Assembly: GCA_023458375.1 (NCBI GenBank)
Contig: JAEWZT010000006.1
Location: 17,581 to 81,580 of the forward strand
Length of the DNA stretch: 64,000 bases
Source: Bacillota bacterium
Lineage (GTDB): Bacteria; Bacillota; Clostridia; Christensenellales; CAG-314
Direction of reading: 5' to 3'
A program made the position numbers and the translations under genes. The notes below the pieces were generated by a model. That model had not been told where the DNA came from and searched no databases. It worked only from the letters and a program-made list of their open reading frames with translations. Positions within the stretch are counted from its first letter, which is position 1. Each line of letters starts with the position of its first letter. Of the stretch, positions 35,639 to 44,594 are shown piece after piece.

Positions 35639-35833
35639 ATGAAATACGACATAAAGGAAATTGAGAAAAAGCTGTTTAGCAACGTAATACCTAAAAGTAT
35701 GGCGGGCTTTGATATCGCAGCGTTTTTGAGCAAATACGGCGGCGAAAATAAACGCCAAGCTACCGTCGTGCGCCCAAAGGAAATTCAAGCCGTTTTTGAA
35801 AGCAGAAACATTGCGAGTAACAGCGGATATTAA
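35639..35833 (+). CDS. Hypothetical 64-aa protein, divergent from the WYL regulator
   Basis: MKYDIKEIEKKLFSNVIPKSMAGFDIAAFLSKYGGENKRQATVVRPKEIQAVFESRNIASNSGY. A strong RBS AGGGAGGGAATAAAA precedes ATG 35639. I recognise no family, and it may be a truncated remnant. Confidence 0.45.
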   Translation: MKYDIKEIEKKLFSNVIPKSMAGFDIAAFLSKYGGENKRQATVVRPKEIQAVFESRNIASNSGY

Positions 35834-35940
35834 AAAGTTGGCTATTTGTTTCGCTTTGCTCATTTTAAATATGCAATACCAATGGTTTTGCAAAGTCTCT
35901 ACATTGCTTAACTGTTGCGCTTGCCCTAATTTAAAAACAA

Positions 35941-36054
35941 AAGCGTTACGGTCATATTATACTTGTAAAAGATGCTTTGGCCGTAGAGCGTGCCTTAATA
36001 TTGAAAGCGAAGCGTTACGGTCATATTAAACCCGAAAAAGACAGTTTGGCTTTT
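35941..36054. repeat. Two copies of a ~45-bp direct repeat with a 19-nt perfect core
   Basis: AAGCGTTACGGTCATATTA occurs at 35941..35959 and again at 36010..36028. Each copy is followed by related sequence: (T/A)AC..G.AAAAGA...TTTGGC. Confidence 0.85.
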
Positions 36055-36256
36055 GCGCCGCCGGAGTTTTTAAAAGCGCTAAAACTTTCGGGTTGACATA
36101 AACCGCTAAATTGCGCGGCGCCTTTTGCACTATTGGCAAAGAGCGCCTACTACTGATAATTTAAATATTCACAAGGCGCGAAACACTGTTAAGATTTACC
36201 TTACAAACTAAGTGTTATTTCTGCAAATAAAACTATTTTCGATTGTAAAAATAGTC

Positions 36257-37309
36257 TTATTTGCCGCCTTGCATCAAAGATAAAAGGTATCGGGCGACTT
36301 CCTTTGTCCCGTCAGTCTTAACCGCCGACAAAGCCTTTTTATAATACTCCCTGTTGTCATACAGCTCAAAAACTTTGTTGCTTAAACATTGGGGCGTAAG
36401 CTTATCTTCTTCAATACTTAATGCCGCCTTTTTGCCGACGTAATAGGCGGCGTTTGCGTTTTGCTCTTTCCTTGACGCGCGCGCAAGGGGCACCGCAAAA
36501 AAAGGGATTTTTAGCGCCGCTAATTCCGCCAAAGCGTTTGCCCCGCCACGCGTTACGCAAATATCGCAGCAGGCGTAAAGGTCGGCTATATTTTTTACAT
36601 ATTCCGCCCTATGGAAACGCCCGCTTTGCTCAAACTCCCCCTGCTTACCCTTGCCGCAAATCATAAATACGTCAAAGCGCGGCGTAATCAAATTAAGCGC
36701 GGCGTAAACTTTTTTATTGAGCGACAGCGCCCCCAAGCTTCCCCCCATTGCCAAAAGTATGGGGCGGCTTTTGTCAAAACGCATAGTTTCAAGCCCTTTT
36801 TTTTCGTTCCCTTTGTATATACTCTGTCTTAAAAGCGCGCCCGATTGTATTACGGGCGTCTTTGTCTTTAATTTCAAGGGATAAGCGGTAAATAACCTCT
36901 CGTATTTGTTCAAACACAGACGGTGTGCAAGCCCCAAGCTGCTGTCGCTTTCATGCCCCGCGCACTTAATACCCAGCTTGTGCGCCGCCAAAACGGCGGG
37001 CAAAGAGGCATAACCGCCCTTGCTGAAAAGCACGTCGGGCTTGACTTCTTTTAGTATTTCCTCCGCCCTTTTGCGCGCGCGGGCAAACTCAAAGGGAAGC
37101 GCGAGGTTGCTTAACGCAAACTGCCGCTTAAACTTAGGGGGGCTGTAACTGTGCAACGTAATAAAGGGGTAATCTTTGAGCAATTCCCCCTCTATGCTGC
37201 CGCCCGCAAGGTAATGAATGTCGGCTTTGCCCTTTAAAAGCTGCGCCAAAGCGGCGTTAGGAAGAACATGCCCGCCGCTTCCGCCGCCGCAAAACATAAT
37301 TTTTTCCAT
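36257..37309 (-). CDS. murG: Undecaprenyldiphospho-muramoylpentapeptide beta-N-acetylglucosaminyltransferase MurG
   Basis: G-loop FCGGGSGGHVLPNAALA, the GT28 N- and C-domains, and the late motif TRGGANALAELAALKIPFFAVP. Confidence 0.85.
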   Translation of the reverse strand: MEKIMFCGGGSGGHVLPNAALAQLLKGKADIHYLAGGSIEGELLKDYPFITLHSYSPPKFKRQFALSNLALPFEFARARKRAEEILKEVKPDVLFSKGGYASLPAVLAAHKLGIKCAGHESDSSLGLAHRLCLNKYERLFTAYPLKLKTKTPVIQSGALLRQSIYKGNEKKGLETMRFDKSRPILLAMGGSLGALSLNKKVYAALNLITPRFDVFMICGKGKQGEFEQSGRFHRAEYVKNIADLYACCDICVTRGGANALAELAALKIPFFAVPLARASRKEQNANAAYYVGKKAALSIEEDKLTPQCLSNKVFELYDNREYYKKALSAVKTDGTKEVARYLLSLMQGGK

Positions 37310-37346
37310 ATTTATATCTTTACTAAATAAACCGCCTTTATGCGTT

Positions 37347-38051
37347 TTACACCATTTTGGCTATTTCCCTTTTGAGCCTGCAAATAATTTTCTTTTCCAG
37401 CCGCGAAATATAGGACTGCGAAATACCCAGTAAATCGGCGACTTCCTTTTGAGTCTTTTCCTCCTGCCCGAAAAGCCCGAAACGCATTAACACGATTTGC
37501 TGCTCTCTTTTGGTAAGCCGCGAAATGCTTGCAAAAAGCAGCTGTTTTTCCACCGACTGCTCAATGGAAGAATACACGCCCTCGCTTTCCGTGCCTAAAA
37601 TATCGGAAAGCAACAGTTCGTTTCCCTCGCCGTCAACATTTAGCGGCTCTTCAAGAGAAACTTCCAGCCGCCTTTTTACAATTTTTCTCAAATACATTAA
37701 AATCTCATTTTCAATGCAGCGCGAGGCGTAGGTGGCAAGCTTTATTTTCTTTTCAAGCTCAAAAGAATTTATCGCCTTTATTAAACCTATCGTGCCCACC
37801 GAAACCAAGTCTTCAAGTTCAAGCCCCGTGTTTTCAAACTTTTTGGCGAGGTAAACCACAAGGCGCAGATTATGCTCAATCAAGGTGTCCCTTGCTTTTG
37901 CGTCGGAACAGGCTACCAGTTCAAGCAGCCGCTGCTCCTCTTCGGGCGGCAAAGGCGTAGGAAGGGCGTCGTTTCCGCATATGTAGGCAATAATTTTTTC
38001 GTCAATCCCCTTAATTGTAAGGAGTTTTTTTAACAGTTGCAGTATATTCAT
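37347..38051 (-). CDS. sigE: Sporulation sigma factor SigE (pro-sigma-E)
   Basis: [21 protein letters not shown]...[66 protein letters not shown] is collinear with B. subtilis pro-sigma-E, including the pro-sequence. The gene sits directly after spoIIGA. AGGAGG RBS. Confidence 0.9.
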   Translation of the reverse strand: MNILQLLKKLLTIKGIDEKIIAYICGNDALPTPLPPEEEQRLLELVACSDAKARDTLIEHNLRLVVYLAKKFENTGLELEDLVSVGTIGLIKAINSFELEKKIKLATYASRCIENEILMYLRKIVKRRLEVSLEEPLNVDGEGNELLLSDILGTESEGVYSSIEQSVEKQLLFASISRLTKREQQIVLMRFGLFGQEEKTQKEVADLLGISQSYISRLEKKIICRLKREIAKMV

Positions 38052-38871
38052 TTTTTCCTCCTAAAAAGTCGGCGGGAAGCAAAAGTGCGTATGGGGCGGC
38101 GCTTCCCTTTGATTTGGACAAAGCTACATAGCAAGTCAGTCTTTTTCCCTCAACTTCCGCTTGGCACAAAAGAGCGTTTAGAAATCTTTCGCACCCTCCC
38201 ACCGTAACGCAGCTTATTCTTTTTAAAGGTTTTTGCCCCTGCGCAATCAAAGAAGCGGCTATCTGACCGATTTTGCGGCAAAGCCGTTTATCAAGCGCAA
38301 AACACAAAGGGATTCCCTCTTGCCTGGCGAGGTTCCCGCTGTCAATAAAACCCTGCGTTTTGATTTTTATGCCGTAAACGTCAAGCACCGCGGTTTTTTC
38401 CAAAGACGCCGTAATGCGCAGCCCCCTTAAATACTTGACTAAATTGTAGGCAAAATAGCAAAACACCATTAAGGCAAGCAAGTAAACGCCCATCGGAAGC
38501 TTGGATGTATAAAAAAGCGCGGCGTTTTCAAAGGAAAAGTCGCACAAGGCGAAAAGCAGCGCGAGCACAGCTCCCCCCAACACAAATGTGTATGCGTAAA
38601 AGAGCAGGATAGACCAAACGATTTTTCGCTTTTCGCTTTTTTTACACAGCAACAGGCATATAAAGGGTCCAAAAAACGTTTTTACGGCGAGCAGTAGCCA
38701 AGAAGGCAGGCTTAAAAGCGGGATTATAACCGCAAAAGCGGCGGCAATGGCGGAACACAGCGCAATTTTTAAAAAAGAAGCGTTAAGGTGCAGTGTCTTT
38801 GCCAGCGCAAAGAGAATGCAAAAGTCAAAGACTAGGTTATCAAGAATTGCGTATTCAATGTAAACCGCCAC
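38011..38871 (-). CDS. spoIIGA: Sigma-E processing peptidase SpoIIGA
   Basis: Five N-terminal TM helices and the aspartic-protease motif GFIDSGN. GTG start at 38871, 7 nt after AAGGTGA. The 3' end overlaps sigE by 41 nt. Confidence 0.85.
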   Translation of the reverse strand: MAVYIEYAILDNLVFDFCILFALAKTLHLNASFLKIALCSAIAAAFAVIIPLLSLPSWLLLAVKTFFGPFICLLLCKKSEKRKIVWSILLFYAYTFVLGGAVLALLFALCDFSFENAALFYTSKLPMGVYLLALMVFCYFAYNLVKYLRGLRITASLEKTAVLDVYGIKIKTQGFIDSGNLARQEGIPLCFALDKRLCRKIGQIAASLIAQGQKPLKRISCVTVGGCERFLNALLCQAEVEGKRLTCYVALSKSKGSAAPYALLLPADFLGGKNEYTATVKKTPYN

Positions 38872-38891
38872 CGTTTTATCACCTTAAAAAA

Positions 38892-38936
38892 ATTATAAAG
38901 GAAAGCAAAAGGCATTGAAAAAACATATTTGGCGAA
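38892..38936 (-). promoter_or_regulatory. Candidate spoIIGA-sigE promoter with an upstream Spo0A-box-like element
   Basis: The minus-strand TATAAT lies at 38897..38892. TGGCGAA, which matches the 0A-box TGNCGAA, lies at 38930..38936 on the plus strand. The -35 is poor, as in Spo0A-activated spoIIG promoters. Confidence 0.35.
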
Positions 38937-39190
38937 AAACCCCTCAAATTGACAGATATAAAATCTTGATAAATTGCCGCGGCTAATCTGCGGCTAATAA
39001 CATAACCTATTGAATTAACTTGACATTGTAATAGTTCATCTGCCGCCCTTTAAAATATTTTGCCTTTGCGGATATATTCTTATAGGCGTGGTCAAAAACA
39101 TCATTCATAAAGACAGGGTTTTTGCAGCGGTTAATCGCCGCGTAAATACAAAAGAAAATAAAAAGTATAATTATTAATAGACTTAAAGGT

Positions 39191-39221
39191 AAAAAGAAAG
39201 GGCGTTATGCCCCTTCTTTTT
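39191..39221 (-). terminator. Bidirectional-type intrinsic terminator after the M23 peptidase gene
   Basis: AAAAAGAAAGGGC-GTTAT-GCCCCTTCTTTTT (one internal mismatch), with an A-run and a T-run on either side. Confidence 0.5.
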
Positions 39222-39293
39222 GCCAAAATTGCGCTGTTATTTTTTAGTTGTATTGTTTGCGGTTTATTTGCTTATTATCGCTTTATAATTTTA

Positions 39294-39929
39294 CTAGTCC
39301 CCTGTGTCAATATAGTCCCAAGGGTTGACTTTTACGCCGTTTAGCGTCATTTCAAGGTGGAGATGGGGACCGTCTTTAAACTCATAGTTGGCGCTGTCGC
39401 TTACTTCGCCCAGCTTTGCCCCCTGCTCAATTTGAGCCCCCGCCGTTACGCATACATTCTTTAAACAGGCGTAAGTCGCAACAATGCCCTCTCCGTGGTC
39501 AACTTTGACGTATTCGCCCAGTCCGTAGGTGCTGCCAACAGAAAGCACTGTGCCGCTTTTCATAGCTTTAACACTCGCTCCGTCCTCCGCCAAAAAGTCA
39601 ACGGCGCGGTGAGCTTCCCACCAGCCCAAAGTATTGTTAAAGACAAACAGATTTTCGCTGTCGTCGGTGTAGTCCATTCCCACCGTATAAATCTCAACGG
39701 GAGGCAAAAAGACCTGAACGGGGTCGGGATCGGGATCGGGGTCAGGGTCAACGACAGGGTCGGGGTCGGGGTCGGGGTCGGGGTCAACGGTAGGCAGATT
39801 TGCATTTATGCTGGCTACCACCACGATTGTAATAATTGACAGAAGACAAACGACGATGATAATAAGCGCAAGGTTGTTGCGTAGAAATCTTACGAAACCG
39901 CTTTGCGAAGCGGAACGCGTTCTTGACAT
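39294..39929 (-). CDS. M23-family peptidoglycan metalloendopeptidase with N-terminal TM anchor and (PD)n linker
   Basis: HRAVDF...DHGEGIVATYACL...GPHLHLEM are the M23 H-x-x-x-D and H-x-H zinc motifs. TM helix LALIIIVVCLLSIITIVVV. The linker is VDPDPDPDPDPVVDPDPDPDPDPV. AGGAGG RBS. Confidence 0.85.
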   Translation of the reverse strand: MSRTRSASQSGFVRFLRNNLALIIIVVCLLSIITIVVVASINANLPTVDPDPDPDPDPVVDPDPDPDPDPVQVFLPPVEIYTVGMDYTDDSENLFVFNNTLGWWEAHRAVDFLAEDGASVKAMKSGTVLSVGSTYGLGEYVKVDHGEGIVATYACLKNVCVTAGAQIEQGAKLGEVSDSANYEFKDGPHLHLEMTLNGVKVNPWDYIDTGD

Positions 39930-40372
39930 AGTTTTTTCCTCCTAATGTGATAGTTTTTTAAGTATTTACATAGGAACACTCAAATAAACCTTTTTTCATT
40001 GAAATTTGCAAAGATTTTTTGCTTTTTAAAGATTTTTGGAGTTTGTATGTATCGCGCTTTAAACCGCTCAGAAAACTTATTGAGTTGCCAAATAGCCTTA
40101 CGTCACATAAAAAAATCTGTAACGCTTAAAAAGACCTAAAACAAAAAAGCTATGTAATAATACTAAAAAATTATTTAGCCGACCTTAGAAGTTAGAAAAG
40201 TAATATGCCGTTGTCTTGCCCGCGCTTATATATTTTCTACACTAAAAAAAGATATAAAACCGCCCTTCCCTTAATAATTATCCGTAAGCGGATAAAAAGC
40301 GTATACTTTCAATGTTGCGGCAAGCGGAAATCCACAACAAACAGACGCTTTTATGTATTTTTCGCAATGGTC

Positions 40373-40819
40373 CTAATAGCTTCCCAGCAAAAGAGGCGTG
40401 CCTACGTTTATTTTTCCCTGCGCATAAAATATCTGCAAGTTGACGAGTTTCCCGTCAATATACACCCCTCCTTTTATTTTGGCGCTACGGCAATATAAAT
40501 CGGTAATTGCGTCCGACGACAAATCAAAGATGATTTTAGCGTCAAGCAGTGCTATGACTTCTTTAATTTGGGCGCTCGCGCAGTTATAAACTACGCTTAC
40601 CCCCTCAACGTTTTTGCATTTTTTTAATGTTTCGACATAATCTTGGCTTTCGCAAAAAACCATGTAACCGTTGCCTAAATCCTCCGCCCCTTGCGTGCTG
40701 CTTTGGGCGCAGAATATGTAGCAGTAACTGTTTAAGGGCATATAAATGTCCGTTAAATTTTTCGGAAGAAACGCGAACAGGCATATAAGCGTAAGAAACG
40801 GAAAAATCAGTCTTTTCAT
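40373..40819 (-). CDS. Hypothetical secreted/lipid-anchored 148-aa protein
   Basis: Signal-like MKRLIFPFLTLICLFAFL. GGGGGAG RBS before ATG 40819. I recognise no family. Confidence 0.5.
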   Translation of the reverse strand: MKRLIFPFLTLICLFAFLPKNLTDIYMPLNSYCYIFCAQSSTQGAEDLGNGYMVFCESQDYVETLKKCKNVEGVSVVYNCASAQIKEVIALLDAKIIFDLSSDAITDLYCRSAKIKGGVYIDGKLVNLQIFYAQGKINVGTPLLLGSY

Positions 40820-40893
40820 AAAAAAACTCCCCCTACCGTGGTAAAGGGAGTATTGACTTTATTTAAGTATAATAAACGAACTAAGGCTTTAAA

Positions 40894-41850
40894 TTATTCA
40901 AAAAGCTTGGATACGCTTCTGTGGGTATATATGTTTGCTATGGCGCTGGCGAAAAGGTCTGCCACGCCTACCTGCACAATTTTTCTGCACAGTTTTTCGG
41001 GTGGAAGCTCAATGGTGTCAAGCGTTACAAGCTGTTCAATGGGGCTGTCCATAATTCTTTGAATTGCTGGACCGCTGAATATGCCGTGCGAACAGCAGGC
41101 AAAAATCCTTGCCGCGCCTTGATCTTTTAGGGCTATCGCGCCTTGGCAGATGGTGCCGGCGGTATCTATCATATCGTCCACCATAATGCAGAATTTTCCC
41201 TCAATGTCGCCTATGATATTCATTACTTCCATAACGTTTGCCTTGGGGCGGCGCTTATCAATAATGGCTATGGGGGCGTTAAATTTTGTAGCCATACTGC
41301 GCGCGCGCTTAACGGAACCCACGTCGGGGGCTACTATTACAATGTCTTCGCCCTTATAGCCGTTTTGAATGAAATACTTTGAAAGCACGGCTTGCCCGAA
41401 AAGGTGGTCTAGGGGAATATTAAAAAATCCTTGCAGTTGGGGCGAGTGCAAATCCATAGTAAGTATTCTGTCGGCGCCCGCCGTCGTAATTAAATCCGCA
41501 ACTAATTTGGCGCTTATCGGGTCTCTTGCCCTTGCTTTCCAGTCTTGTCTTGCATAGCCGAAATAAGGTATAACGGCGGTAATGCGCCCCGCCGAGGCAC
41601 GCTTAAAGGCGTCTAGCATTACCAGCAGCTCCATTAAGTTGTCGTTTACGGGCGCGGAGGTAGATTGCACAATGAAAACGTCGCGTCCGCGCACAGTTTC
41701 GCGGATATTAACGGCGACTTCTCCGTCGGAAAAGCGGGTAACTTCCATGTCGCCCAAAGGCATTTCCAGCTTCTCGCATATCCCCGTTGCCAAATCCCGG
41801 GAGGCGTTTCCCGAAAAAATCTTAATGGAACTTGAAGGTGAGTCTAACAT
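40894..41850 (-). CDS. prs: Ribose-phosphate pyrophosphokinase
   Basis: IKIFSGNASRDLATGICEKLEMPLGDMEVTRFSDGE, the PRPP-binding loop CIMVDDMIDTAGT, and DLHSPQLQGFF. The start is reset to ATG 41850, preceded by GGAGGATAAAA. The track extension crosses the promoter. Confidence 0.93.
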   Translation of the reverse strand: MLDSPSSSIKIFSGNASRDLATGICEKLEMPLGDMEVTRFSDGEVAVNIRETVRGRDVFIVQSTSAPVNDNLMELLVMLDAFKRASAGRITAVIPYFGYARQDWKARARDPISAKLVADLITTAGADRILTMDLHSPQLQGFFNIPLDHLFGQAVLSKYFIQNGYKGEDIVIVAPDVGSVKRARSMATKFNAPIAIIDKRRPKANVMEVMNIIGDIEGKFCIMVDDMIDTAGTICQGAIALKDQGAARIFACCSHGIFSGPAIQRIMDSPIEQLVTLDTIELPPEKLCRKIVQVGVADLFASAIANIYTHRSVSKLFE

Positions 41851-41886
41851 TTTTATCCTCCGTATAGATAAATAATCGGTGCTTTT

Positions 41887-41915
41887 ATAGTATTCCATAT
41901 CTTGCCAAGTGTCAA
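41887..41915 (-). promoter_or_regulatory. Sigma-A promoter candidate for prs
   Basis: On the minus strand: TTGACA (41915..41910), 17 nt spacer, TACTAT (41892..41887). Confidence 0.55.
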
Positions 41916-42334
41916 GGAAAAACAAAATAAGCCGCGCAAAAATCTTACTATTTTTTAAGGAGGATTATTATTGTTTCTCTTTTAGCCCCTCCTTGCGGCA
42001 AACATATAACCCAATAAAATATAATTTGACGCGTTTTAAGTTTGCTTAAAAACGCGGAACATTAACGCGGCTGCTAAATCCGCATGCCGTAAAGAGGCAA
42101 CTGCGAAGTATGCGATTTTTTGAAGCATTACCGCAAACAATTTTCCTATTCCGCGTTATTGCTATTTGAAAAGGCAAAAGGGTTTCTTTATTTTTACCTA
42201 TTTAAGATTTGTTCTTTGCCGCTTTGTTATTTTTGCCACTACGTTGCTTTGTTACTTGTTACTGTTATTTTTCTCATTTTGATATTTTGTTATTTTGTTA
42301 CTATGTTGTTTACAGAGCGTATTTGCAAGATTTG

Positions 42335-42364
42335 AAAAAGGGAGGGAAACATAACGCCCCTCCC
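42335..42364 (-). terminator. Intrinsic terminator of the DUF1540-like small gene
   Basis: On the minus strand: GGGAGGG-(11 nt)-CCCTCCC followed by TTTTTC. It is preceded by a second hairpin, CCTCCGC-(13 nt)-GCGGAGG. Confidence 0.6.
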
Positions 42365-42420
42365 CCTTCCTCCGCTCAAACACACTATGCGGAGGCATGA
42401 TTTTTATCCTCTACGTTTTT

Positions 42421-42573
42421 TTACATAGGTTCATAACTTTTACAAAAGTGAGCCTCGGGATTATTGATAGAGGGCACTACGATAATGCTGTTAAGTTTGC
42501 AGTCGCTCATTGCCGCATCGTTATGAATGCAGTGCGCGACTGTGCATTTAATACATTGATTTCCCACAGCCAT
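42421..42573 (-). CDS. Small Cys-rich protein, DUF1540-like (50 aa; below the ORF-track length cutoff)
   Basis: My translation is MAVGNQCIKCTVAHCIHNDAAMSDCKLNSIIVVPSINNPEAHFCKSYEPM. It fits the DUF1540 pattern C-x2-C-x-V-x2-C......C-x-L..I-x-V........C-x-S(F/Y). AAGGAGGA RBS 5 nt before the ATG, and its own terminator. Confidence 0.6.
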   Translation of the reverse strand: MAVGNQCIKCTVAHCIHNDAAMSDCKLNSIIVVPSINNPEAHFCKSYEPM

Positions 42574-42673
42574 TCCTCCTTTTTCTTTTATTTTGCTTTG
42601 AAAAGACCGCTTTTATGCAACGCTGTTGACAATAAGCAAAAGGAAAGCTACAATGTAAAAGAGGAAAAAAATT

Positions 42674-43111
42674 ATGAAAGTTGTTTTACTTAAAGACGTG
42701 CAGGGCACGGGCAAAAAGGACAGTATAGCGGAGGTTTCAGACGGATATGCGCGCAATTTTTTGATTAAGCGCGGGCTTGCCGTCGCCGCCACCCCTCAGC
42801 TCATTCAAAAACTTAATGACGCCGCCGCGAGTGAAAAACATAAAAAAGAGGCAGAAAAACAAGAAGCTTTGAGTATAGCTTCCTCCTTAAAGGGCAAAAA
42901 AATAACGGTAATAGCCAAAAAAGGAGAAAAAGGCAAGCTTTACGGTTCGGTGACAAGCCAGGAAATCGCAGACGAACTTAATAGGCAGGGATATGCCATT
43001 GACAAAAGGGATATTTCTCTTGAAACGCCCATTCGCCAGACGGGGGAATACAACGCGTCGGTAAAGCTATACGCCGAAGTGTCCGTCCATATCAAAATAT
43101 CTGTGGAGTAA
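42674..43111 (+). CDS. rplI: 50S ribosomal protein L9
   Basis: [36 protein letters not shown] is the canonical L9 N-terminus. 145 aa. Confidence 0.95.
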   Translation: MKVVLLKDVQGTGKKDSIAEVSDGYARNFLIKRGLAVAATPQLIQKLNDAAASEKHKKEAEKQEALSIASSLKGKKITVIAKKGEKGKLYGSVTSQEIADELNRQGYAIDKRDISLETPIRQTGEYNASVKLYAEVSVHIKISVE

Positions 43112-43113
43112 AC

Positions 43114-43488
43114 ATGAAAATCGCTTTAATCGCCCACGACAAGAAAAAGCCCCAAATGATTGAACTTGCGCAGCGCTACAAAGACACTTTGAGCAGGCAC
43201 ACTTTAATTGCTACGGGCACCACGGGGCAGCTTATAGTTGACAACGTCCGCCTTGCCGTAAAAAGAATGAAGAGCGGTCCGTTGGGCGGCGACCAGCAAA
43301 TAGGCTCAATGGTGGCGGAAAAGGAGTTGGATTTGGTTATTTTTTTGCGCGACCCATTAACCGCCCAGCCCCATGAGCCCGATGTATCGGCGCTTTTAAG
43401 GCTTTGCGACGTGCAGGAAATACCTTTGGCGACCAACCTTTCAAGCGCCAAAATAATGCTCAACGCTTTGGAAAAAGGCGATTTTTAA
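43114..43488 (+). CDS. mgsA: Methylglyoxal synthase
   Basis: [10 protein letters not shown]...LIATGTTG...[10 protein letters not shown]...[17 protein letters not shown] are MgsA signatures. 124 aa. Confidence 0.93.
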   Translation: MKIALIAHDKKKPQMIELAQRYKDTLSRHTLIATGTTGQLIVDNVRLAVKRMKSGPLGGDQQIGSMVAEKELDLVIFLRDPLTAQPHEPDVSALLRLCDVQEIPLATNLSSAKIMLNALEKGDF

Positions 43489-43671
43489 GAGTTAACTTTA
43501 ATGTCATAAACTGATATTGTAAATTAGCGCTTATAATCTATATTTAAGCCGCAAGCGAATAATGCGGCAAATCTCAATTCTTGTTTGATGTCAGATAAGT
43601 ATTTGCTTATTAAGTAAGTCTCAATAAAAGTCATTTATATAGGTTAATTAAAAGCCTTAAAAAACTGCTGC

Positions 43672-43695
43672 GCCGCTTAAAAGAGCGGCTTTTTA
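43672..43695 (+). terminator. Intrinsic terminator about 180 nt downstream of mgsA
   Basis: GCCGCT-TAAAAG-AGCGGC followed by TTTTTAT. Confidence 0.5.
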
Positions 43696-43998
43696 TATTC
43701 AAGGCTTACCAAAAGACAAAATATCAAGGGCGGTTATTAAATTAGCGCGCTAACGGTAAGTTTTTTTTCTATGGCTTTGGGGGCGGATTTGGAAATATCT
43801 TGAAACAAAGCGCGCTAAGTTACCGCCGCCTACAATTTGCAAAAGCCCCAAAACAGCCAATAGCCAATTTTACTGTGCATATTTTTTAATTTAGAAGCCG
43901 TTAGCCAACATCTGCCGCGCGGTATCTCCTCCCGCAAATATTAGGAGCTTTTTATTTGAAGTTGTATAAAAATTACTGTATTATTTCCCATATTTAAA

Positions 43999-44031
43999 CA
44001 AAAAAAGACGCCTTGTTATAAAAGCGTCTTA
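43999..44031 (-). terminator. Intrinsic terminator after rplL
   Basis: On the minus strand: AGACGC-(12 nt)-GCGTCT followed by TTTTTTTG. Confidence 0.6.
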
Positions 44032-44063
44032 TTTTTGAAGTTATTAAATTACTTAACGGGGAC

Positions 44064-44432
44064 TTATTTGAGTTCGGCGGTAGCGCCTGCGGCTTTAAGC
44101 TTTTCAACCATTTTAGTAGCTTCTTCTTTGGGTTGAGCTTCTTTAACGGTGCTGGGAGCCTTTTCAACAAGGTTCTTAGCTTCCACAAGACCTAAACCTG
44201 TGAGTTCGCGGACAACTTTGATAACGTCAATTTTCTTTTCGCCGAAAGAATTTAAAATTACGTCAAACTCTGTCTTTTCCTCAACGGGAGCGGCTTCTGC
44301 TACGGCGGCGCCAGCGGCGGCTACGGGAGCGGCTGCGGATACGCCAAATTCCTTTTCTATGGCTTTAACGAGTTCGTTAAGCTCTAAAACGGACATCTTT
44401 TTGATTTCCTCAATAAATTGTGCTATTTCCAT
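44064..44432 (-). CDS. rplL: 50S ribosomal protein L7/L12
   Basis: [25 protein letters not shown], an Ala-rich hinge, and the C-terminus [25 protein letters not shown]. Confidence 0.97.
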   Translation of the reverse strand: MEIAQFIEEIKKMSVLELNELVKAIEKEFGVSAAAPVAAAGAAVAEAAPVEEKTEFDVILNSFGEKKIDVIKVVRELTGLGLVEAKNLVEKAPSTVKEAQPKEEATKMVEKLKAAGATAELK

Positions 44433-44594
44433 AATAATTCTCCTTATTTTTGTTTGTGCGCTTTAACGCTTTTTACCCTAAACCGCTGTTTATTTAGCGG
44501 GTTTTTCACGGGTGATTTTTTTGACTTTAAAAACTTTTGCCGATTATCTTAATATTTTTACGGAATAACGGCAAGGGGTTTTCAGGTAAAATGC

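Noticed and set aside
35527-35733. N-terminal 69-aa extension of the YafY/WYL regulator ORF
   Set aside because: The extension is hydrophobic junk and runs across the divergent promoter and the RBS of the opposite small ORF. A good RBS sits before the internal TTG 35526.
35796-36029. 77-aa plus-strand ORF (MKAETLRVTADIKK...)
   Set aside because: Its repeated ALRSY segments are simply the translation of the 19-nt direct repeat. It is Cys/Leu-rich and not protein-like, and it has no RBS.
42397-42693. 98-aa plus-strand ORF upstream of rplI
   Set aside because: It is antisense to the better-supported DUF1540-like gene (which has an RBS, a terminator and a Cys motif) and runs into the rplI RBS.
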